Shown here: positions 29,757-36,478 of the stretch, piece by piece
How the letters are laid out: each line of letters opens with the position of its first letter
Numbering within the stretch: the stretch's first letter is position 1
Source of the DNA: a virus
Lineage: Duplodnaviria > Heunggongvirae > Uroviricota > Caudoviricetes
IMG/VR virus record: IMGVR_UViG_3300037333_000017
Span: 22,295-86,294 of that record
Length of the DNA stretch: 64,000 nucleotides
Direction: 5' to 3' (one strand)
Program-made: the position numbers and the translations under genes
Notes under the pieces: generated by a model
What the model saw: the letters and a program-made list of their open reading frames with translations, nothing else
Told to the model about the DNA's origin: nothing
Databases searched by the model: none

Positions 29757-31173
29757 CATCATTAAACAAGTTGTGGATGGAATACCCAACGGGAGCTACA
29801 TCGACATACCTAAGGACAGAAAAGCAATAGTAGGGATCAAGTGGAAGAATAATGAGTACGGTGTTACAGATCTAGACCTATCTGTCTCGACAGAGAACGG
29901 CAAGATTAGATGGGACGCCAAGAAGGAATATGATGGGATAGAATTCTCAGGCGATGTCGTCAATGCTCCAGAGTTAGACTCGGAGGTTATCGCCATAGGA
30001 AAAACAAGCTCAGAAATGATACGGGTCGATATGAGCGGGTTTAGCGTAGGCGGTGAAGTAACATATATGTTTTACGTTGGGACAATCCCTATTGACGCGC
30101 ACGTAAAATCTGAGGAGGATGTAGAGATCCTGTATTCCACCAGAAGGAACATAACAGATGGAGTTACGGATAGACTCGGTGTCTTTATGGATGGTAGGTT
30201 CTATTTCTATCAGGCAAGGTTAGGCAAGACAGTAACGACTAACGATATTGACTTGACAAAAGAGGAGATAGACATGTTCAGAAGAAAAAATATTTCACAG
30301 CCGTTCTTAAGTGAAATAAATAAAAAAAGGAACAAAATGAAAATAGAATTAGATGGTGGAGAAGGGTACTGTGAGATACATGACTTCTCTAGGACTAACA
30401 CAACCCAAGAGGCACGTATCGAGGCAATAACGAAGGTCGCGTCTATATGTTATAAATCAGAAACGGCGTTAGGGAGTAAAGTTCTCTACAACCGTTTGGC
30501 CAGAGAATCTGCTGGTCTCCCGTCTTCTTCTTTCGAGTTTGTGCCGGTACTACTAGACAGGAAAAACATAACCCACGAGCTTCTATTGGCAGACATAGAA
30601 TTACCAACCGTAAAGTACGGAGAAGCTGTGAATGATAGATACTGGTTAACGAACTACCGCGCCATATTCAACACTCACGCTATTGTTGGAGAGATAAACG
30701 GTCTTGACATTAGAGATATCTACAATACAAGACCGGAGGAGCTAGACATCATTAGACGAAACTTTAAGGTGTTCAGAATGAAAGTAGACCTAAGTACAAG
30801 GTCCCAATTGGTACGCTCAAGAGCTAACTACCAGGAGCTTTCTAGAAGATACGTCGATGGAGATAAGTACCCTGTAACGTTTTTACTCACACAAGACTTA
30901 GAAAAGTCTGGTGTCAGAACTAAAGGTATGAACACTGAAGAGCTCTATGCGCTTATGCTCGAGCACTATCATAGTCTTCTCGATTCTGACGTTAAACCAC
31001 AAAGCGCTAGGAGGGTTTTACCGCAAGCGATGTATACGGAACTATGGGGTGGATTCACTAATAGCTACTTCGATAACCTTAAGAAACTAAGACTATCAAA
31101 AACCGCACAGACGGAGATTTCAAATCTTGTCGGCGCTATGAAAGAACTGGATGACATGTCTTTCTCGCTGTAG
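29743..31173 (+). CDS. thyX: flavin-dependent thymidylate synthase (ThyX) core (from internal Met199 at 30337) fused in frame to a 198-aa N-terminal domain of unknown function
   Basis: FRMKVDLSTRSQLVRSRANYQELSRRYV aligns with the Thermotoga ThyX [29 protein letters not shown] (RHR...S...RY signature, with His replaced by Ser). N-terminal MKIELDGGEGYCEIHD aligns with MKIDILDKGFVELVD, and the C-terminal ARRVLPQAMYTELW...NL..LR block is also conserved. A strong AAGGAA RBS sits 5 nt upstream of the internal ATG at 30337. Confidence 0.7.
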   Translation: MRGTDIIKQVVDGIPNGSYIDIPKDRKAIVGIKWKNNEYGVTDLDLSVSTENGKIRWDAKKEYDGIEFSGDVVNAPELDSEVIAIGKTSSEMIRVDMSGFSVGGEVTYMFYVGTIPIDAHVKSEEDVEILYSTRRNITDGVTDRLGVFMDGRFYFYQARLGKTVTTNDIDLTKEEIDMFRRKNISQPFLSEINKKRNKMKIELDGGEGYCEIHDFSRTNTTQEARIEAITKVASICYKSETALGSKVLYNRLARESAGLPSSSFEFVPVLLDRKNITHELLLADIELPTVKYGEAVNDRYWLTNYRAIFNTHAIVGEINGLDIRDIYNTRPEELDIIRRNFKVFRMKVDLSTRSQLVRSRANYQELSRRYVDGDKYPVTFLLTQDLEKSGVRTKGMNTEELYALMLEHYHSLLDSDVKPQSARRVLPQAMYTELWGGFTNSYFDNLKKLRLSKTAQTEISNLVGAMKELDDMSFSL

Positions 31174-31187
31174 ATAGCATAAGATAC

Positions 31188-31231
31188 ATTATGTTCCCTG
31201 CCTATGGTAGGGATAGTTGTTCAGTAATGAA
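31188..31231 (+). promoter_or_regulatory. copy 1 of a roughly 44-bp repeated element (attatgttccctRcctatggtagggatagttgttcagtaatgaa) containing a 7-bp hairpin (ccctgcc/ggtaggg)
   Basis: Near-identical to 36124-36167. A degenerate third copy is at 35432-35473. Lies upstream of gene 31261. Confidence 0.5.
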
Positions 31232-31260
31232 TAACATCGTTATTAAATTAAGGATAGTAA

Positions 31261-31581
31261 ATGGAATTAGATATTAATTTGTTTTCGGCTGTACGACTTT
31301 TTATCGTGATCATTATATCGATAGTTCTTGTACACTTCTACAGGACTGGGAGAAAATCACAGGCTATCGGAGGTGTAGTGTTTGTTGCCTTCATACTTGT
31401 GACATCACCAATAGCGTTCGATGGCGCTAACACGGTAGAGGTTCGTAAAGAGTACGCCATGAAAACAATCGAGAGTCGCCTCGATGCAATGCCTGAAAAG
31501 ATAAAGACAAAACACGACTCTTTCGATGAAATAATAGAAAGAGATAAAAACCAAACAAACAAAGAAAAGGAAGAATTATGA
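31261..31581 (+). CDS. small membrane protein (two TM helices) translationally coupled to the downstream SPFH protein
   Basis: TAAGGATAGTAA RBS. 106 aa with hydrophobic LFSAVRLFIVIIISIVLV and VVFVAFILVTSPIAF segments. ATGA overlap with the next gene. Confidence 0.5.
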   Translation: MELDINLFSAVRLFIVIIISIVLVHFYRTGRKSQAIGGVVFVAFILVTSPIAFDGANTVEVRKEYAMKTIESRLDAMPEKIKTKHDSFDEIIERDKNQTNKEKEEL

Positions 31582-32456
31582 GAAACAGAAATATAATGAT
31601 AGTATCGCCCCTAGTAGTTATCGCATTAATAGTCATCTATTATATAACAGGAAGATATGTGTATGTACCCCAAGGCACTCTCGGCAAAGTACTAACACCT
31701 AACGGTTACAGTACTGACATCATACGTCCGTCAAGAGTCCATCTGGGCTTAAAGGATAAGATTATATTACTCGAGGATATCATCGTGACAAAAGAAGAGA
31801 AGGTAACCGTACGTATGGAAGGAAATCTGAATCTCATCGTTATGGTGCGATTCCAGATTATGCTGTCGCGTAATGACAAGAACCTCAATATGTTATTTGC
31901 GTCGTCTAAAACTAAAGGAAGTATGATTACGATAAATAGTGTATATAACACGTACGGTAAGATCGTTGTCAACAAGATTACGCGTGAAGTTATATCAGAG
32001 TACAATATCCTAGATGTTAACAAGAATTTCAAACGTATATCTAAAGAACTTTACGCGGCCATTAACAAGGAGTTTATAGGTTCTCCGTTGAGGATATCTG
32101 ACACGGCTCTGGGAAAACTTATCTTCCCTAAGGAAGTAGAAGAAGCATTAGGCGCAACTATTAAACGTAAACTTGAGGTTAAACGTGTAGAGGCCGATGT
32201 GGAGGCTAAACTAACGGAATTTAGAGGTAAGAAACGTATTGCTGAAGCGCAGTATCTCATTGAGATGCAGAAGGCAAAGGCGACAAGAGATTACAATAAG
32301 ATGATCTCAGATGGCCTTACTCCAGAGCTCTTGGATTTAAAGAGATTAGACGTTCAGACACAAATGATAGAGGCTGTTAAAGAGAATAAGAACGCTATCT
32401 ACATACCTATGAACATGTTCGGGACAGTCACTCCAACGGTGAGTATCAAGAAGTGA
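31578..32456 (+). CDS. SPFH / band-7 (stomatin-prohibitin-HflK/C) family membrane protein
   Basis: N-terminal TM (IVSPLVVIALIVIYYITG), SPFH core (VTKEEKVTVRMEGNLNLIVMVRFQI), then the characteristic IFPKEVEEALGATIKRKLEVKRVEADVEAKLTEF...AEAQYLIEMQKAKA helical Ala/Glu-rich segment. Confidence 0.6.
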   Translation: MRNRNIMIVSPLVVIALIVIYYITGRYVYVPQGTLGKVLTPNGYSTDIIRPSRVHLGLKDKIILLEDIIVTKEEKVTVRMEGNLNLIVMVRFQIMLSRNDKNLNMLFASSKTKGSMITINSVYNTYGKIVVNKITREVISEYNILDVNKNFKRISKELYAAINKEFIGSPLRISDTALGKLIFPKEVEEALGATIKRKLEVKRVEADVEAKLTEFRGKKRIAEAQYLIEMQKAKATRDYNKMISDGLTPELLDLKRLDVQTQMIEAVKENKNAIYIPMNMFGTVTPTVSIKK

Positions 32457-32492
32457 CATGAAAAAAAAGTTGTGAACATATAATTAATATGA

Positions 32493-32533
32493 CATAGATA
32501 GTTCCTTACCATAAAAATGCTTAATACTATCCG
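32493..32533 (+). repeat. direct repeat R1 (catagatagttccttaccataaaaatgcttaatactatccg) upstream of the tRNA
   Basis: Imperfect copy of 32677-32719. Together they bracket the tRNA gene. Confidence 0.5.
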
Positions 32534-32567
32534 TCATAATATGGTGAGAGACTCCGGTCTCTCATAA

Positions 32568-32643
32568 GGGCATATAACTCAGTGGTTAGAGTCCTCCGCT
32601 CATAACGGAGTTGTCCAGGGTTCGAATCCCTGTGTGCCCACCA
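32568..32643 (+). tRNA. tRNA-Met (anticodon CAT; elongator-type, or lysidine-modified Ile2) including encoded CCA
   Basis: Manually folded: acceptor GGGCATA/TGTGCCC (G1:C72 paired, so not an initiator), D-stem ACTC/GAGT, anticodon stem CTCCG/CGGAG with loop CTCATAA, T-stem CAGGG/CCCTG with TTCGAAT loop. 76 nt ending in CCA. Confidence 0.85.
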
Positions 32644-32676
32644 AAACATAAAGAATAAAAAAAATAAACAAGAACG

Positions 32677-32719
32677 CATAGATAGTTCCTTATCTAAAAA
32701 AAAATGCTTAACACTATCC
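32677..32719 (+). repeat. direct repeat R2 (catagatagttccttatctaaaaaaaaatgcttaacactatccg) downstream of the tRNA
   Basis: The first 16 nt are identical to R1 and the last 20 nt differ from R1 by one substitution. Confidence 0.5.
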
Positions 32720-32741
32720 GCGTCCCTTGTTTTTAATTTAG

Positions 32742-32783
32742 TAGAGAGAGGTACATGTACCTCTCTCTCCTTATCTTTTTTTT
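32742..32783 (+). terminator. perfect 26-nt palindrome (agagagaggtacatgtacctctctct) followed by a T10 run
   Basis: Read directly. The ATG at 32755 used by the six-frame ORF lies in the hairpin loop, so the dUTPase gene starts at 32815. Confidence 0.55.
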
Positions 32784-32814
32784 TTCGAAAGCATTTAATG
32801 TTGAAAGGATAAAT

Positions 32815-33270
32815 ATGAAATTCATAGAAACATTAGACGAAGAGTGTGACCTCTATTTAGGGACAGAACTTAGCGGGTGTGTAGATTTACGATCTAGAGA
32901 GACAGTCATATTAGAACCATTCAGAGTTACAATGATACCTTTAGGCGTATCTATATCAAAAGAATACATTGACAAAACATGTGATGCTGACGAATGGTTC
33001 TTAGCGATGTTCATTAGGAGTAGCGTAGCCGCTAAAGGTATCATACTTGTAAACAGTGTTGGTGTAATAGATCTAGACTACTACGACGAGATGAAGGCTA
33101 TGTTAATGAACCTTACAGACAAACCAATAGAGATAAAAAGAGGGGAACGCATAGTTCAGACAACACTGTTACATACAGCGGGAACTGAAGTGTTTGACGC
33201 TATAACCTCTAATAAAAGAACAGGAGGCATAGGGTCGACAAATAACATAACTGAGTTGGCTAGAGTATGA
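32815..33270 (+). CDS. dut: dUTP pyrophosphatase (dUTPase)
   Basis: All five dUTPase motifs are present. Motif 1: SGCVDL. Motif 2: IRSSVAAKGI. Motif 3: GVIDLDYYDE. Motif 4: RGERIVQ. Motif 5: RTGGIGST. GAAAGGATAAAT RBS before ATG 32815. Confidence 0.8.
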   Translation: MKFIETLDEECDLYLGTELSGCVDLRSRETVILEPFRVTMIPLGVSISKEYIDKTCDADEWFLAMFIRSSVAAKGIILVNSVGVIDLDYYDEMKAMLMNLTDKPIEIKRGERIVQTTLLHTAGTEVFDAITSNKRTGGIGSTNNITELARV

Positions 33271-33431
33271 TGGCGCTATTACATGTAACACTACTATTAT
33301 CATTCTCATTCTTTTTTCTCGGTGTAGCTTTCATTATTGTCGGAGGAGGAGAAAGATTCTATAGAGTAACCTTGATATCTGGAGTAACGCTCGGCCTATC
33401 AATGGTACTGACATACGTCCTGCACCAGTAA
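33270..33431 (+). CDS. unannotated 53-aa two-TM membrane peptide (MALLHVTLLLSFSFFFLGVAFIIVGGGERFYRVTLISGVTLGLSMVLTYVLHQ), translationally coupled to dut
   Basis: Its ATG overlaps the dut TGA (ATGATGG). Uninterrupted frame ending in TAA at 33429-33431. Below the 60-aa cut-off of the ORF track. Confidence 0.35.
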   Translation: MALLHVTLLLSFSFFFLGVAFIIVGGGERFYRVTLISGVTLGLSMVLTYVLHQ

Positions 33432-33502
33432 CGTTATCCGATAACATTATACTTACATATAATAAATATGATCTAACTAGATTAATTTATAAAGGAGGTA
33501 AA

Positions 33503-33856
33503 ATGACCAACATCTACTCTGGATTTTTCCTAGAGCAAGGACATGTAACCTGGGAGTTCGCTCCCGGTGCATGTACGCTTCCTGCTGGTTTGCAGGAAGG
33601 CTCAGAAGTAGAAGTAGTTGTCATCGGTAAGTACGAAGATGACGATGTCGCATGCGACATCGTTAAGGTAGTACTTCCAAACGGAAAAGTTCTAACGAAC
33701 CAAGGTTCGGGAACACTTCTCCACATGACAACCAAGGTAGGAGAAGGTATTAGTCCTGTTCTCAGTGGCGTTCGCGCTACAGAGAATGGATATACCAGTC
33801 TACCTGAAGATCAGTACACTAGCTTAACAGCTAGAGCTGATTACTTCAAGGCTTAG
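33503..33856 (+). CDS. hypothetical protein; GC-richer than the phage average
   Basis: AAAGGAGGTAAA RBS. 117 aa. Confidence 0.5.
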   Translation: MTNIYSGFFLEQGHVTWEFAPGACTLPAGLQEGSEVEVVVIGKYEDDDVACDIVKVVLPNGKVLTNQGSGTLLHMTTKVGEGISPVLSGVRATENGYTSLPEDQYTSLTARADYFKA

Positions 33857-33927
33857 GAAACCGTGTAAGGATAAGGCCTATCCAATCGAGCGGGATATGG
33901 ATCGAGAAGGGCAACGGAAAAGAGTCA

Positions 33928-33953
33928 CACAGATAGCGTTAGCTATCTGTGTT
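33928..33953. terminator. hairpin (acacagatagc-gtta-gctatctgtgt) followed by a T-run; the HNH gene stop lies in the loop
   Basis: Read directly. Serves the convergent 33503 (+) and 33939 (-) genes. Confidence 0.55.
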
Positions 33954-34256
33954 AACCATTTTTTCTTTCCCGAATTTAAGTAGTTTAAGAAAACGTTCGA
34001 AGTCGTCCTTTGTTGTTTTCATTCTATATGATCGTTTTAATACAGTATGCAGCATGCCGTGACAGTTGTTAGCTCTATAATCACATAGAGTAACTAAGTT
34101 ATCAGGATCTAGCGCCTCATCTGGAAAGTACCGTAGCGAATTCATGTGGTGAACCGCTCTTCCTTTTATAGAACCACATATCCTACACTTAGGGTTATTC
34201 CTAAGGTGCCTAGCTCTAACGAGCCTGTACTCTCTAGTATCTCTAATAGATGCCAT
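33939..34256 (-). CDS. HNH endonuclease (possible homing endonuclease)
   Basis: CRICGSIKGRAVHHMNSLRYFPDEALDPDNLVTLCDYRANNCHGMLH matches the CxxC...HH...N...CxxxxH HNH motif. AAAAGGATTATA RBS. Confidence 0.7.
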   Translation of the reverse strand: MASIRDTREYRLVRARHLRNNPKCRICGSIKGRAVHHMNSLRYFPDEALDPDNLVTLCDYRANNCHGMLHTVLKRSYRMKTTKDDFERFLKLLKFGKEKMVNTDS

Positions 34257-34348
34257 TATAATCCTTTTAGTAATGTCAAATAAACTTTTTCATAAAGTCA
34301 TTAGATTGAACGAGGTTGGTCTCGTACTAAAATAAGAAGGAATAAAAA

Positions 34349-34876
34349 ATGAGCAAAGAACAAGAGAAAAACGACTATATGAAAAACGTCGTTAAAGAAG
34401 GTAAGAAACTAGCTATCGATCTAGAGGATATCTTTAGTGGAGCAAATCCAGACGCTATCGTACACGCAGTCGCCATTATTCTAGTTGCCTTAGAGAAAGA
34501 AACAAAGACAGATAGAAACGTTATTATCTCTAGCATGAGAGAACACGCCAACGTTGTTAGACCAGAGCTACATCCATGTTTAGGCGTTGTTACTAGAGAA
34601 GGTTACCAGCCACTCATCGATATTGTTAATGACTCACTCATGATTGTAGATGAAGGTACAAAAGAACTAACCGAAGATACTAAAGCAACGATGCTGGATC
34701 TTAAAGGGTTCAAGGTTGTTAAAAACGACTTAGAGTTAAGCGATGAATCTATTAACACTATCTTAGATGTCAATAAAGCTCTTTATGCGACATTCAAAGA
34801 GAAGCAACTACAGAACCCTGAGGTTAAGAAGATGCTCGAGGAAGCGAAAGGCGATGAGACAGAGGAACACAATTAG
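34349..34876 (+). CDS. hypothetical acidic protein
   Basis: ATG preceded by AAGAAGGAATAAAAA. 175 aa. Confidence 0.5.
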   Translation: MSKEQEKNDYMKNVVKEGKKLAIDLEDIFSGANPDAIVHAVAIILVALEKETKTDRNVIISSMREHANVVRPELHPCLGVVTREGYQPLIDIVNDSLMIVDEGTKELTEDTKATMLDLKGFKVVKNDLELSDESINTILDVNKALYATFKEKQLQNPEVKKMLEEAKGDETEEHN

Positions 34877-34888
34877 TGTAAATTAGAT

Positions 34889-34923
34889 TAGACTAGCTAC
34901 GACCAATGGTCGTAGCTAGTCTA
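34889..34923. terminator. perfect 16-bp-stem hairpin (tagactagctacgacc-aat-ggtcgtagctagtcta) between convergent genes
   Basis: Read directly. Confidence 0.5.
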
Positions 34924-35167
34924 GAAAGTCTTTCAATTCATCTTTGTCATATCCTAGTTTTTTACCTAAGATTAACATAAGTCCTTTTCTACCGAAGATA
35001 TACGCTGTAGCGGTTATACCTAGAACGTAATCTGAGTATTTAGACACATAACCCATATAGTCTGCAACGATAACCGCTATGAAGATAAGTAATGATAAAC
35101 ATCTTATATACTTATCGTCGTAGCGTGTGGAAACCGTCGCGGGCTCCTTTTCTTCTTCTGTTTTCAT
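34916..35167 (-). CDS. small membrane protein (2 TM)
   Basis: GAGGAAGG SD. 83 aa with LSLLIFIAVIVADYMGYV and LGITATAYIFG segments. Confidence 0.4.
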   Translation of the reverse strand: MKTEEEKEPATVSTRYDDKYIRCLSLLIFIAVIVADYMGYVSKYSDYVLGITATAYIFGRKGLMLILGKKLGYDKDELKDFLD

Positions 35168-35351
35168 TATAAACCTTCCTCAAGAGTAGAAATAGTATTA
35201 CGAGTATAACCATAGTAATACAACCTGCAATATACGCCATAGGCGATCCTTTAGCCGCAGCGTATAATCCTCCAATAAAGACCATTAGGGCCCCGATTAA
35301 TTCTTTTACCGCCGTAGCGTACGATTTAAGTGTTTCCATAGCAAGAGACAT
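35112..35351 (-). CDS. small membrane protein (2 TM, charged C-terminal tail; holin-like topology), overlapping the downstream small membrane gene by 56 nt
   Basis: 79 aa with LIGALMVFIGGLYAAA and IAGCITMVILVILFLLL, then a KVYNENRRRKGARDG tail. Weak RBS spacing. Confidence 0.4.
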   Translation of the reverse strand: MSLAMETLKSYATAVKELIGALMVFIGGLYAAAKGSPMAYIAGCITMVILVILFLLLRKVYNENRRRKGARDGFHTLRR

Positions 35352-35395
35352 CCTTTAGTTAGTTTCAATAAAATAGGAATATGGGTGATACAATC

Positions 35396-35473
35396 ATATA
35401 TGTAAACATATAATAACAGAGACTAAACTAGATTATGTTCCCAGCAATTTAGGGATAGAGTAGCAGTAATGTA
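35396..35473 (+). promoter_or_regulatory. composite upstream element: ACATATAAT motif, then ctaaactagattatgttccc and a degenerate copy of the hairpin repeat
   Basis: Shares aaacatataat...gactaaactagattatgttccc with 36093-36130. Confidence 0.4.
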
Positions 35474-35501
35474 TACTCACTCATGATTAGAAAAGGTTAA
35501 C

Positions 35502-36077
35502 ATGAGATATTATAACATAACAAAGAACGGAAAACTTATGGCTAGAGTCGTACCCATTGTGCACACATGTTTCTTAAACGATGACGTCATAGATACACTA
35601 ATGGATGGCATCGGTAATGTCATAACAGAGGTAGGAGATATAGACACAGGAGGCGCACCATTGGTACCAGTTGATCTTCAGTTGTCTGGATACGGAAAAC
35701 CGACTATCGGACTAGAGACACTCGAATACCAAATGAACCTATTGGAAGAGTGCCGAGAGATTGGGCTAAATAGCGGTTCCGACGAGGAAGAGATCGAAGT
35801 GCAAGACAACTTAACGCGAGCTTACCTTACATGGGACATTGATACGATAAATAATATCTGTAATGATGGGCTTACAAATGAGGGTTTCGTTAAACTAATA
35901 ACACGCGACGCAGCATGGGAGGAAAGATTGCTCGAAGCTACTTCGTCAACCAGTGTAACACTTATAGGTGTCGGAATATTCCATGTTATGAGAGAACCAG
36001 CGTTCGATGGAGATAAGAATATACTTGACGTGTTATCGGATGAAGGATATAGTATCGAGGAAGTTAGTCCAATCTAA
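35502..36077 (+). CDS. hypothetical acidic protein
   Basis: AAAAGGTTAAC RBS. 191 aa. Confidence 0.5.
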   Translation: MRYYNITKNGKLMARVVPIVHTCFLNDDVIDTLMDGIGNVITEVGDIDTGGAPLVPVDLQLSGYGKPTIGLETLEYQMNLLEECREIGLNSGSDEEEIEVQDNLTRAYLTWDIDTINNICNDGLTNEGFVKLITRDAAWEERLLEATSSTSVTLIGVGIFHVMREPAFDGDKNILDVLSDEGYSIEEVSPI

Positions 36078-36092
36078 CTTCCGATTTTTTTT

Positions 36093-36167
36093 TATTTACA
36101 TATAATCTATATGACTAAACTAGATTATGTTCCCTACCTATGGTAGGGATAGTTGTTCAGTAATGAA
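36093..36167 (+). promoter_or_regulatory. copy 2 of the hairpin repeat element preceded by an ACATATAAT motif
   Basis: attatgttccctacctatggtagggatagttgttcagtaatgaa is identical to copy 1 except for 1 nt in the stem (G to A, where the G:U wobble in copy 1 becomes a Watson-Crick pair in copy 2). Confidence 0.5.
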
Positions 36168-36195
36168 CAACATCATCAATAAATCCAAGGAGGAT

Positions 36196-36447
36196 ATGAT
36201 GACGATAGAAATATTTAATAACACTGTGCGCGAACGCATAGTCATAAAAAAGCTTGGCTTCACTCTTGTGGTGAAGCCTGGCGTATTCGCGCCAAAAATC
36301 TTAGGTTTCGTTCATAAGCCTAAGTCGTGGTGGTCTAAAAACGACCACTACGCTGAACGCGCGTTCAGCGCGTCATTAGGCGCACTGAAGGAGATGAACG
36401 TGGTTGAGGCCGCGTTCATCAGCGCGGTAACTAAGTACTACAAGTAG
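36196..36447 (+). CDS. small hypothetical protein; markedly GC-richer than its neighbours
   Basis: CCAAGGAGGAT RBS before ATG 36196/36199. The six-frame ORF extends upstream to 36127 only because the repeat element happens to be in frame. Confidence 0.4.
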   Translation: MMTIEIFNNTVRERIVIKKLGFTLVVKPGVFAPKILGFVHKPKSWWSKNDHYAERAFSASLGALKEMNVVEAAFISAVTKYYK

Positions 36448-36478
36448 GATTTCTCCTACTTGTAGTACTATTTTTTTT
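36434..36478 (+). terminator. intrinsic terminator: 16-bp stem (agtactacaagtagga/tcctacttgtagtact) followed by a T8 run
   Basis: Read directly. Confidence 0.65.

Noticed and set aside
32755-32814. ATG at 32755 used by the six-frame track as the start of the dUTPase ORF
   Set aside because: It lies in the loop of the perfect 26-nt palindromic terminator and has no RBS. The ATG at 32815 has GAAAGGATAAAT upstream and gives a canonical 151-aa dUTPase.
33857-33927. GC-rich structured-looking stretch downstream of 33503-33856 as a possible small ncRNA
   Set aside because: Only short local hairpins (ggata-aggcc-tatcc) and an atcgag direct repeat are visible, with no promoter or terminator of its own. 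It is more simply the 3' UTR leading into the bidirectional terminator at 33928-33953.
36127-36195. Upstream extension of the 36196-36447 ORF (MFPTYGRDSCSVMNNIINKSKED...)
   Set aside because: The extension is the repeated 44-bp hairpin element read in frame. The same element upstream of 31261 is out of frame and stop-terminated. The ATG at 36127 has no SD, while AAGGAGGAT precedes 36196/36199.
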